Of a DNA stretch of 64,000 nucleotides, positions 40,009-53,007 are shown piece after piece. Source of the DNA: the human T2T-CHM13v2.0 reference genome, Homo sapiens; the NCBI RefSeq assembly GCF_009914755.1, contig NC_060927.1, one strand, 5' to 3'. The stretch's first letter is position 1; each line of letters starts with the position of its first letter. The translations under genes and the position numbers were made by a program. Below the pieces are notes generated by a model. The model saw nothing but the letters and a program-made list of their open reading frames with translations, had not been told where the DNA came from and made no database searches.

Positions 40009-42139
40009 ATCATTGCCATATAATAAAACTAATCAAGGGAGAGACTACCTCATCATGTTTACAGGTCTTGCTCACACTCAAGGGAAAAGAATTACACATG
40101 GTGTGTATACAATTGGTGGGAATTGGGGAACCACCTTAAAATTCAGGCCTCCAATCTCTCACTTCCACCCATAGTGGAAGTGGGCTTACATGGGGGAAGT
40201 AAACCATGGGAAGCACTGTGTGTGCTTTTTCCCACCTTATACTTGGCAATAGCTTCCCAGAAATAACAGAATGCAAATCTGCCATTCTGCATTGACATGT
40301 GGGGGAAAAAAACCCATGGAAACCCACATAGAGCATTATGAGATTAAAATACCTGGGAGATTATTCAGTATTTCTAAATTGAAAGAGACTGGAAGATCAC
40401 TCCTGCCTAAAAGCATCACCTCCATGGATGTGGTTAAATTGGGCAGAAGCTACCTTGAATAATGGCTATTAAAGTTAGTTGCAGTTCATTAGGACCATTT
40501 TTTGAGTAACTCTATTAATGTTTTGCATGTCCCTTGCTCACGGGTTAGTCCCACTAAATCCAGTCTGCTGTGGTAGCAAATCTTTTGGTAAAAACCTATT
40601 TGAACTATGAGTACTTAGACTCACCCTAAGTTTATTAGCCTGAATTTAAAGAGGATTCTTAATTCTAAATCTGTTTAAAATGGGTGTTAGTTGGAAAAGG
40701 TTTGTTTTTCATTAAAAGAGCATTTTCATGAAAGACTAACCTTAAATTACCTTTTTTATTTAGCTAGAGTTGGCCTAGAAAAATAGGAGGCAAATAAGCA
40801 CATTGTGTTATTAAGCAATTTTTATCTTTTGTTTATACTAAGCAGGCACAGCAAGGCTATCATTATTGCAAAGAAAATCACATTTTTCTCTTGCTAACTT
40901 TCAAGCATTGAAAGAGAAACTAATGTAAGCTTTTTAACTATGATATTTAAATGTGTATTTCTGAAGAAAATTGATTGGTCATTTAAGGCTTTTTTTTTTT
41001 TCCATTTTTAACTATGGTCACATTTTTTCTTTGTTTTGATTTTATTTCTACTATTCTATGTGGGAAGAAACCACTAACAGTTGGAGAGGTTTGATCTTAC
41101 AAAGAAACTATAAAATTAGTATTGATTATTTTTAGTGGACTTAATCCATTTAAATGTAATTTTAGATACCCAGTTATCTTATATGCATATTATGCTGACA
41201 TTATTTCTTGATGCTGTCATTGCCATAGATTTAAAGGCTCTCTGCCTACTTCCCTCATTCTGCCTTCTTCATCTCCTGTTCTACCCCTACCAAGGCTCTG
41301 GTTCACTCACCAATTCCAGTGGAGTGCAGTAGTTTGTGTTGATGATCCAGTTGTTTCTAGCTTCTCTGAGCCTCCCTGGCTTTTATCAGCATGCAAGTGA
41401 TTCTTGCCCTAGGAATCACTGAGAGAAGAGAGAGTGTGATGATGGAAATAGTATTTTGATTTTTTGCCCTATCCACCTTTTCAGCACACTTGTAGATGAG
41501 TCTCTAAAACCCAAGCCTTTCTGTAGCAGATGCCCAGAATTCTGTTCACTTCTTGTGAACCTATTTTTACTCCACTCATCCCTATCAATATCACTCCTTC
41601 TGAATTTCAAAGTTTAAACTTGTTTCTAACCATTTTTGACTCGGTGATTGCTTTTGATTAGCTCTCTTTAAAGAGTGACTTGTTTCACTCAGGCCCATAT
41701 CAAGCTGGCTGCCTCAGTAGAAACGCATATTCTAAATTGCTTTTATGGAACCAACTCCCTGCAACAGGCAAGGTCAGTCCTAATCTCTGAAAGAAGGAAT
41801 AACAGAGACTGGAAAACAGGAGAGGTGGTTTGGGGGAATACCACTTCCAAATTAGTTGACGCAACTCAAATGTTAACCTGTCAAGGCCCTGATGGAACAC
41901 AACATGGTGTGTTAGAAGCTAAAGTCATTCTTTGGGCATGCCTAAAAAAAGAGCTATAACACCCTAAGAGAGAAAGTATCTTTTCTCTTCTCAGTGAGAA
42001 CTGCACTGGTGCTTGCAGAATTTTTATGATGAGAGACTGTAAGAAAATTTGATTCTAATAGTCATGGTGTGTTTGCTGAGTTTTGAGCTTTAGCTATATT
42101 CCTCTACTAGCTTAGGTCTAGGCTGACCCCAGTCACTGT

Positions 42140-42400
42140 ATGACTTAGGTTAGTTTCCCTGGAAACAGTTTCAGAGACTGGGACTTGCAATCAGGAGATT
42201 TACTGAGGGCTTTTCTTAGGTGATACATTTGCAAGATTGGGCAGAGGGAGAAGCTGACCCATAGTGAAGAAACTAATGATGCATCAGCTAATCTTACGGT
42301 GAGCTCTGGAGTTGATGTGGCCCTTCAGAGTTGTGCCAAATTGAGGCAAGGGGCAAGGACCTTGTACCTCCAATTAATCCAGTAATTTACTTATTTGGGT
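42140..42400 (-). mobile_element. LTR33/LTR16-like ERVL LTR fragment
   Basis: GGCAGAGGGAGAAGCTGA...GAGCTCTGGAG...GGCCCTTCAGAGTTGT. Confidence 0.55.
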
Positions 42401-45400
42401 AGGAGTATCCATTACAGTACTTTGTCACATAACGAAACAGTGCACAGATAACTGGAATAGCAATAGTTGACTTATAATCAAGCAACAACTCGACATGTAA
42501 AAAGTATGTATCATTAACTATCATTAAGTGCATATGCCATTAAGATTTATTGCCAGTGTCTTAGAAGAAGACCGAATTCACTCCTAATGGTTTCAATAAA
42601 AAGATTTCTATTAAAGTTCCATTTCAAAGGTATGGACAAGTCAGAGGAATAAATAGGGATGATGAGGACCCAGAAACTCACAAAAGTAAGATTCAGTTAA
42701 CTTCTCTGAGTTAGAAAGAATAAGGAATGTAAAGACAATTGTTGAAGCCCAATGAGAGCTGGTCTACCATCAGCAGGAGCAGCAGTCCTGGAGATGTACA
42801 GCTACTAACAGAGAGGTGATGCCTAGGCCCTTGATCACTTGCTGGTCCCTTCTCACAGGCCTACTTAACTGGAAGCCGACTAACAAATAAGTCTGAGAGA
42901 TGCAATGCATAGGGTCAGTCTCTTGGGGCAAAGAGTAGGAAAAGAATAGAAAACAATGGATAAGAACTGGCAAATGGAGAATAATCAGCATAGTTCCCAA
43001 ACAAAACATAGGTTTCTCTTTTATCCATAAAAAGCAAGCCATTTCCTATAACATATTTTGACAAATAATCCTGAAGTGAAATGCTTAATAAAGAGATTCC
43101 ACCAGCTGAGATTCCTAGGTCTCAAGAGAGAAAAACACCATGTACTCATTTTATTTTTGTTCCTTTTCTTGAATAAGCCCTTGGTAATTAAATGTGGAAA
43201 GAAAAAAATATTTCTAATTGCTAATCATATGTTGTAAGCACCAGTTCATTTTACTTGTTGGGCAGTCGCCATATAAAGAATGCTGTGTTTGAGAACACGG
43301 CAGTTAGAGATACTAGAGGAGCCACCAGGAGAATAACTAAAAAATAAAAACTATTACTGAATGTTCAATGTGGTGTGTGTGGCTTTTGCAGTACAACACC
43401 CATTAAATGATAGTCATGTGGTTAAACCTTATACATATTTTTTCTAAATTTACCCCCTAAGGGGCAAATTACCAGCACAGTTCTGAATAACATTATTGTG
43501 GCTATTAGTCTTTGTGTGCATAATTCCCCATCCGCGATGTTTACAATTTTCTCCTTAGTGTTTCTTTGAAAAGTGGCACAATTACAATATTTTCATTATG
43601 CTATGGCTTACATAGATAATTAAACAAATAAATATGATCTTACACAATTTATTTTAAATGTTCCTAATCTTTACAAAACTCCCTCATCCTTGGAAGAATG
43701 AAGCCATCCAGGATAATTGCAATTTTTACTTTCTGTAAAAAAGGCATCACCTAGAAGATTAACAGAGCTCATCAACTTAAGACATAGCTGCTTATTCTCT
43801 TCCGGGGGCATTATCAGAAATTAAACTATTGCAAAGTAATAATAACTTCACAGCTTTGTCATAGGAGTGGTAAGAACAATATATTTTCACATTGGAGAAA
43901 TTAAAAATGTATTTCTCACAACTTAGTGACTTTATCATTGAGGTAATAATTCAGTTAATTTTAAGTGTTTAGTACATTACTAGGATGAGCTAAAATCTCA
44001 ACACTTTAGGTGTTTTAACATACACTATTTTTTGAGGTGCTACATCTAGTAAAAGCTGGAACTTAGCTAATATAAGCAAACTTCCAAAAACATCTTGATT
44101 TTATTTTCACAGTAATAGAATTTTAGAGCAATCTTGAAGAATATCTTTATTTTACCAATAAAGAAATTGAATCTCAGAAATATTAAAGGGCTTTCCAAGG
44201 TCTCACAGCTGGTTTATAGGCAGAGGCAGAATTATAACAGGCAGTCTTCTAACTACCACCACTGTATCATTTCTGCTATTCAGCTTGCTTCTTCCAAAGG
44301 TCTTTATACTTTCTCTTTCATTAGTCATTTTTGAGCCTCTACTCTATGCCAAGTACTACTTGAGGTGTTGGGGACAGACAGGTGAGTAAGACATGGTCCC
44401 AACCCATACAGAAGCTCACAATTTAGTGAGGGAGTTACGTAGATGGATGCTTGCTGTTTATTAATCATTGTAATTCATGTTTTGAGAACACAGAGGAGGG
44501 AATGTTTAGCTCTTTCTCTACCTTTGGATTGATTTCTTGTCCTCAACAAATACAGTCACTGGGACTTCAAATACCAACTCTCTGACCTTAGCAGGTGTGG
44601 TTACTGGTTTCTTACACACCATTTCTGCTGGACTTCTGTGTTTGCCTGCCATCTCACCCATCCTGTTTTCCACCCTACTGACTCATGCAGCAGTTGCTGC
44701 TTAAGTGCTGCTCTGCTTGATTTGAAAGTTCTAAATCTTCTGCATCTCCAGAAGTGGAAGCTGCTCTCCTGAAGAAGTGAGAATACTCTACTCACAGAAG
44801 TTACTGCTTCTTCATTATGCTTCCTAAAGGATTGCTTTGTTCTTTGTGTTTCCCCCTTTCCCCTAACCTCTAGCCCTACCCAACTCCAACCTGCAGAGTG
44901 GACTTTCAACAATACCACCTGAGTGTTACACCTTACTGACTCAATGTGCATGACCAATGACATGCATAAGCGTGGTATAGTCTCATGAGTGTACCAAAGA
45001 TTATGTACCCCAAACACACAAGATATAACTTTTCTTTACATTTTCATATGAAAACCCATCAGAGGAAAAGAGAATGAAAGTGTTATAAAAGAAATAAATG
45101 CCTCATGCCTATTTGAATAAGGTTATGTTATGCAGTCAATGATGAACAAAACCACTGTGCTGAAGTCTGCTTTCTCAATAACAATATCTGGGATCCAGGA
45201 TCAAGGTCAAGGAACCTGAATGCTCTCCTCCTCAGTAAGATTTTCTTCCTCTCAGGGATATCCCACCTGCCTCCCATCCAATAGTAGCTTCCAGAGTAAC
45301 TTCATTTCTTTCTGTCCTTCATACACTCGTTGTCCTAGAGCTGATATTTGGAGGCTGAATCATCTTCCCCACTTCTCCAGGAAACCCCTCATACCCCTAT

Positions 45401-48400
45401 CCACTAGGGATCACAAGGTGGGGACGTAGAGTAAACTAGTCACAGCATATTGGCCACAAAAAAATAACTTTTTTCTGCAGCATATGGCTAGAGCATTAGA
45501 GTAGATCCTACCTTTTCTTCTACCACAACAGGCAGCTTTTGTCTTTGAACAAGTATCCTTTTAACTGTCTTCCCCACAAGGTGGGTATGTAGTCCAAATA
45601 AAACTTGAATTGCCCACTGTTAACCAGCTGGGTACTTGCTGATTAACTTCAAATGTGATTGACATTTGTCCTAGAAATTAGTACTGATGCCTCTGGAAAA
45701 CTTTAAATTTGGCTTCTTTCATTTAACCATGGTTATGTGTGCCTTTCTGTAGTGATATCTACTGATGGCCATTGAAAAAGCTATCATGTGAATTTCTGTC
45801 TTATTCATTAGATGTATATGAAAAAGATGTATGCATTTTTGGCACAAAGGTAGAATTTTTAAATTTAAGCATCGTATATAATTATAAAATGTTGTGAAAG
45901 ATACATTTTAGAAAACATTATAAATAATGTTAGTACTAATACTAATTTTGAGCCTAAGGGAGATGTTATGCATTTGAAATGGCAGGCACTGGGGCTTACC
46001 TGAGGAAGTTCCTGTCTCTTACTACTTAGCTATGTGTGTTAGAAACTCCAAGAGCTGGCATGCCAGTTCAGTGATGGGCAGGCTAGTTTTCTTCTCACTG
46101 AGGACTGGAAGTAAATAGATGATCCATGGCTTCTCATATCACAAAGCCCTTTTCCAAAGAGGATGAGTGGTTTAGAAGACCTATCTGTGCCCTGATGTCA
46201 TTAATGCCACCTATAACCTCCACAAGCATGCTGCTATTTAAACAGGACTATTTGCTTGCTCAAGGGAGAAAGCAGAGGTTTTTCTGGACATGTGTAAACT
46301 TTCTATGAAGATAATATGATTTACATGTGCATACAAATGGATAAAACAGCCTGTTGTTTAGCCATACTTCAACTGTTTTCTCATTTTCCCTTAAATAACA
46401 TTCTGTAATCATTTTTCTTCACTTCTGTGGCCTGGCACCTTTGGTTTACTTTAACTATCTCTACTTTTTGACCGAAGTCCCCTTTGATGGTTAAATGCAA
46501 AATCAATGTTTGATGATAGATACTTTGTGTTCATTTAATATGTGAATTATATTCCTCTTTGCCTTCTTACTAGATGAGCTATTTGCCATCCGGAGCTTCT
46601 TCATTTCCTGTTTCATCCACCAATATTCTCATTTTTTTCTTTATTGGTTTCTTACCTTCCTGACAGTAGAAAAATTTTGTGAAGTTGCATTTAGCATTGC
46701 TTTGTATTTTTAATGTCTCTCTCAGCCATTAGCTTGCATTTTGGTTGTTTTTCTAAAATATATATCTTCATTTAAAAGTTTTGTAAAATTTAAGAGAGTT
46801 TCAAACTCATTCCCTTTTTGATTTCATGGTTCCCCTTTATTTTCCTTCCATAAGCAGTTTTACTATATAGATTAGAAATTTCAAATGCATCGCAATTACA
46901 TAATTACTTCTTTTGGAATCTGAATTTTCTCCATTTTAAATTTTTGTCTGAAGGCAGGGTAGGAAAAGATATATGCTTGACTTTCAAAAATAGCGAATTC
47001 ACAAGTTATATTTAAGCAGCATTATGCAGAGGTGAGAAGACTGGATGTCCAGAGACCTGGTCTCAAGTCATGGTTTTGCTGCTATGAAATTTTGTGTCTT
47101 TGGGAAAATTATTTACACTGTTTGAGTCTGTCTCTTTTTCTTAGTGAATGAGATTTGGTTCTTTTCAGCTTTATGATTCTAAATGGAAAAAGCCTTTTGA
47201 TTTTGCTATATTCTATTAATTGAGAACAAGACAGATGAGAGAGTAAAGGAAGAATTTTGTTGGATACAAATTAAATTGCATCATTTAAATGCTTTGAATG
47301 AGATGCCGTGTCACTGAGGGCTGTATTTGGAATGAAGAGATACAATAAGCTTCCGTGAGTTCTAGTTCTTTTCTCTTTTGCTTTATTCTCTACAATTCAA
47401 ATGTGAATGAAAATCCATATTATTAGAGAAGATCAGTAAAAAAAATTAGCACAAACCATTTGCCGTGTATTGGGAATCAGGAGTAACTAAATAATGGTGT
47501 ATTTCTCCCATTAAAATTGTCTCCATAACCTTTGCCAGAAATAGCATTTGAGACTAGAAGAGAATTAATGTTCAGTAATTGTTGAATCCTTATTTAAATG
47601 TGACTTTCAAATATCTTTCCCAAGAGGAGCACTTAAAAAGATCAATCAAAGCAATAGTGCTAATAATCTGCCATGGGACCTGGGCAGCAGGTTAAGAGAC
47701 TCACCTCCTATTAATTAGGTGAAGGATTCACAAAATGTGAGGAGTGTACCTGAGCCCAGTATTCATATTCAGAAGCGTGATCTATCCACGAGTGAAATGA
47801 TATTGGAATTATCAAACATTTAGCCAAATGGAGGAGAAAAAAAAATTACCGTGGCCATAGATTTGAAGTTAATGTAATTGTTTTCTCTTTAATTGGTTAA
47901 AAAAAAGTTATATACAACAAAATCATTTTGTCATTCACTAAAAAGCAGAGTGTCTCTGTGTGTGTATGAGTATGTGTATGTCTTTGAAAAGGTAATCCAG
48001 GTGTGTTAGGGAACAGTTTCTGGGAGAATACTCAGTCTTAGCAGCAGTTCCTTTTCTAGCTTCGTGCCACCACTTCACTTTTGTCTACAGCACCCATGAA
48101 TCATCAATCAAATCTTCCATCAGTACCTTGTCTGAGTAGTCCTCCAAGCACTTCAGGGAGTTGCTTAGGGGTATTTAAGACTATAGCGTTGATGTTTGAT
48201 TCAGTCACTTGGGACATGAGTTTGAAGGAACAGAATGAGAGGTTTAGCAAGGAAAACAGTGGAAAATAGCAGGACTTTTTTTCTCTGGCACTAAGGAAGT
48301 CAGGCCATATCTTTTCAGAATCAAAATATTTCCAGAGGCATGATAATCTTTAGCAGTGAGGTGGAACAGCATGATGTAATCACTATACACACACACGTAG

Positions 48401-48788
48401 AATCCTTTTGTTTTGACTAATCCATTATTGACAGAGGCATAAAAGAATAAATTCTGACTTTGCAGAAACTTTTATTTATCAGCTCTGGAAAATACATAGG
48501 ATAGAGTCAAAGGCTAAATTTAACAACATTATTTTGAAAATTATTTATAAATATGTCATCTAAAAACTTTTGTCATTAAAGAGACAATGTGCAGCAAAGT
48601 CTGAATGAATAAAATAACCTCAATTGCATCTCTTCTCCACCCTAAGAATTGTGTTCCTTTGCGGGGAGCCTCCACTTTCCTTCTCTAAATTCCCCAGGTA
48701 CTGTTTCATCTCCAGTTCCCTTAGACTTTTGAAGAACACAAAAGGCCTTTATTTTAGCAGGAAGGAGTGAAGAAATCTGTTAAGGTGA

Positions 48789-49008
<220 letters not shown>

Positions 49009-49423
49009 GGTCTTTTTAATGTTGTGAAGAGATCAGATCAGTGTGAAACTAGAAGATAAGAATAATGCAAGTGACACCTGCAACCACAACAAATGACCTC
49101 AATTGTCTAACAAGGCAGTGTGGCCATGATGATGGAGGTGCTTCTGATTAAGAAGTCAGCGGGTCTGCAGAAGTGGTTTCCTATGTCAATTTAAACTAGC
49201 TCTTGTTCATGCAAAATCAATTCACACTTCTCCTGAAGAACCAGCTTTTGTGGTAGGCTGTGATCTTAATTAGGAATCACAAAGCCCCTTCTGTTCTTTG
49301 TCAAATATGCTTAAAATAGGATTGCCTGAGCTTCAGGGATTTTAGAGTTATTACGATGGCTGGGGTCCACCTTATTTCTTTTATTTTCCTACAGTCAGAT
49401 TTTTGCCTGCTAATATTTTTAGA

Positions 49424-49820
49424 CTGACAAAGAATCCTTGACTAAACTGGAGTCAGTCTTCTCCAAGTTCTCTTTCTGATTAGGCTCTATACTTGGTCTT
49501 TGTCTTTGGTGTGTTTAGTCCAGTTTTTGCATGAATCCTGTTGAATCAGTTCAATGAAAAAATCTCCCAGCCTCAATATCTGATCAAATTTCTTATCCCT
49601 CACTCTCAATATCACCCTGGCCTACCTTGAGCTGGAATCTCCCTAGCCTTATATTACCTCATACTAATTTTTCACCAACTGATCCCCACCTGTCCTTGTT
49701 GTATTTAAAGTTGAGCTTGATCTCTCTCCTATTAACAAAGGCACCACTGCAGTCGTCCTCTTCTTGGATAAAGTTTTCTTTACCATCTTTAACAAGTGTC
49801 TGAAGGATTTTTCTTTAATG
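49424..49820 (+). mobile_element. MER31-like ERV1 LTR
   Basis: TGACAAAGAATCCTTGACTAAACT...TTTAGTCCAGTTTT...ATATCTGATCAAATT...CTTTAACAAGTGTC. Confidence 0.7.
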
Positions 49821-50077
49821 AAACCAAGGCAGAAATAAAGTTGAGTATGTACAAGAGGTTCATACCCTTGCCTTTACAAGATAAGGAGTCTTACCCTTGA
49901 CCTCATGAAACACTGAAATTCTTTTATGTGTCAGGCCAACACTAGAGACTAGGAATCTAAGATGAGCAGTTCTTATATCCATAAAATATGCCTATACATA
50001 AAAGATGACAATGTTGAATTTTACCTGAGCCATGTACTTCTGGAAAACAGTGAAGGTTAAAGAAATCAGAAATCCCC

Positions 50078-51683
50078 TGCAGAGGGGAAAGATTTTCTTT
50101 CTCCACCTATCACAAGGTTCACGGCTGAAATCTCTATTAACTAAAGACAGATTAACAAGAGAAACACATACACATTTATTTAATATAAGTTTTACATGAC
50201 ACAAGAGCCTTCAGAAATGAAGACTCCATGAAATGGGAATCTGTGTATTTTTATGCTAAGTTTGATAATGGGTGGTCAGTCATGCAGAACTGTAATTGAA
50301 CAGAGAGGGTATGATCTAATGGTAATAAACTGGGGGGTATCTTAGTCAATTTTCTGCTGCTAAAGCAGAATACCACAGACTAATTTATTTAAAAAAAATA
50401 AGTTTTATTTGGCTTATAGTTCTGGAGGATGGGAAGTCAAAGAGCATGCTACCAACATCTGGTGAGGGCTTTTTATATCATGGTAGAAGCAAATAAGCAT
50501 GTGAGACAAAGAAAAGAAATATAAACAAATTCATCCTTTTTACTAGGCATTAACTCAAATGATAACTAATTCACTCCTGAGATAACAGCATTAATCTGTT
50601 CATAGGGGCAGATCCCTCATGACCTAATCAACTTAAAAATCTCACTTCCCAATACTGTTACAGTGGAAATTAACTTTCAACATGAGTTTTGGAGAGGACA
50701 TTCAAACCGCAGCATTCTGTGCCTCATTCTTCAAAATGTTCTTCTCACATACAAAATAAATTAATTCCATGACAATAATCCCAAAAGTGTTAAGTCATTG
50801 TAACATCAGCTCAAAAGTACAAAGTCCAGAGTCTCATTTAAAATAGATATGGGTGAGACTCAAGGCACAATTTATCCCAACGCAAATTCCCTCCAGCTAT
50901 GAGCTTGTGATGTCAAAACAAGTTATATATTTCCAAAATACAATGATGAGACAGGCATAGGGTAAACATCCCCATTCGGGTATTTGATATAGCAACAATC
51001 CCACTCTAAGTACCAATGTGATGTCTTACTCCATTTTCTGCAGGTATAACACAATACCACAGATTGGATAACTTATATAGACAAGAAGCTTATTTGGCTC
51101 ATGTTTCTGGAGGCTGGGAAGTACAAGAACATTGTGCCAGCATTTGGCAAGGGCAAAGTACTGTGTTATAACATGGTGGAAGGGCAAGTGAGCATGTGAG
51201 ATAGAAGGAATTGAGCTAGACTCATTCTTTTATCAGGAGCCTACTCATGTAATAGCTAACCCCCTCAAGCAATAACTAACCTGCTCCCCTGATAATGACA
51301 CTAATCCAATCATGAGGGTGACCTCATCACCCCTTAAAGGCCCCACCTTCCAAAGCCATTACATTGGCAACTAAATTTCAACATGAGTTTTGGAGGAGAC
51401 ATTCAAATTGTATTGGGGGGTACTTAGCAAGGCCTATTTGCTCAATTTCTTCTTGGCATCTCTGTGTCTTCTGAGATTAGAATGTTCCTGTTCTCAAGGA
51501 ATAGGGAGGGTACCTCTGGAATGAAGTCTTTATGGCTTGATTTAGAGGAAAACTGGAGAATTCTTTTATAGCCTGAATCAAGGGAGAAGGGCAGAAGAAG
51601 GTCAGGGGGACCTTCTTGATTCTGCTGTTTTCTGAAATGCCAAGGAGTCATGTTTTATGGTAGTGTGTCCTTAACCCCATCAA
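50078..51683 (-). mobile_element. MER39-like ERV1 LTR split by an MST insertion (50078-50337 and 51416-51683)
   Basis: AAAGACAGATTAACAAGAGAAA...GGTAATAAACTGGGGG resumes as ACTTAGCAAGGCCT...CCCCATCA. Confidence 0.7.
50338..51415 (-). mobile_element. Internally deleted MSTB-like provirus: LTR 50338-50714, ~307-bp internal, LTR 51022-51415
   Basis: Two similar LTRs (CTTA.TC.ATTTTCTGC...CAACATGAGTTTTGGAG..GACATTCAAA); both internal termini retained; G-run TSD. Confidence 0.85.
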
Positions 51684-51696
51684 CCTCCACCTTTTT

Positions 51697-52258
51697 GTGT
51701 TCCAGAGAATAGTTTACTGGAAATAACTACCCTTCCCCATAGGACTTAGATAAGGCTCACTGATGGCTTATTTGCCTATCACAAGGCCAGACATAGGCCC
51801 TCCAAATTTTCATTTTTTTCTCCTAAATGATTAGCTGAATTTGTTGTCCCCACTGATTACTGGAAACAAAGTTCTTATTAAACAAATTTTGGTTAAGATT
51901 CTCTCCTTCCACCAGACTCCTAAACTTGGCCCACCCTTAGCCTGAACCAGCATACAGCTGCTTATGAAAAATAGGAAAATTGGCTGGCTTCAGAGTAAAA
52001 TATGTCTTGATCTACTATCAAATCCCACCATCCTTTCATCCTACTTCTGTAACACCTGTTTCTAACCACGTTTGTTAACTCTTCTCTGTAGAAGAAAACC
52101 CCTTTTTGCCTAACCCTTTGGAGCAACCAGATCTATGTCAAGGTATTCTTACCATTGCAATAGTTCTCTTTTCTTCTATTCCATTAGCCTCTTCCCTGCT
52201 TGGAGTAATCCTTTTGATAAAGTCTTCCTTTTTAAGTCTGGATTTGTTTTATTTGACA
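51697..52258 (+). mobile_element. MER67-like ERV1 LTR
   Basis: GACTTAGATAAGGCTCAC...ACAAGGCCAGACA..G.CCCTCCAAATT...TTTTATTTGACA. Confidence 0.6.
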
Positions 52259-52366
52259 AAGGCTGACAAGTTTTACCCCCAAATAATTGTATTTATTTTT
52301 ATTTGTGGATTGTTAGGGGAACTAGTTTTCTCTATGCTCCCCATGCAATTCAAATATCTATTTTTA

Positions 52367-52745
<379 letters not shown>

Positions 52746-52810
52746 TCAGGGGTTATCTGTTTTCTGTAATAGGAACTATCTCTGAAGTAACTGGACAGAA
52801 GAGACTCTTC

Positions 52811-53007
52811 TTTTTTTTTGAAAGCTTTGTGCTGTTTATTTGGCTATGGTAGATTTAAGTAAAGAACTTTGCTAGCCGTCATCAGCCTTAGGTGATCTTG
52901 GCACAGCTGTCATTCTTTTTTTTTTTATTTATTTTTTATTATACTTTACGTTCTAGGGTACATGTGCACAACCTGCAGGTTTGTTACATATGCATACATG
53001 TGCCCCA
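52811..53007 (-). mobile_element. Extremely 5'-truncated L1PA (about PA4/5) with a 96-bp 3' transduction
   Basis: L1 3' tip ~52937-53004, first A tail ~52916-52936, unique 52820-52915, second A tail 52811-52819, 17-bp TSD ACAGAAGAGACTCTTCT. Confidence 0.9.

Noticed and set aside
44601-45017. 138-aa minus-strand ORF
   Set aside because: Non-ATG start and no homology recognised; consistent with chance
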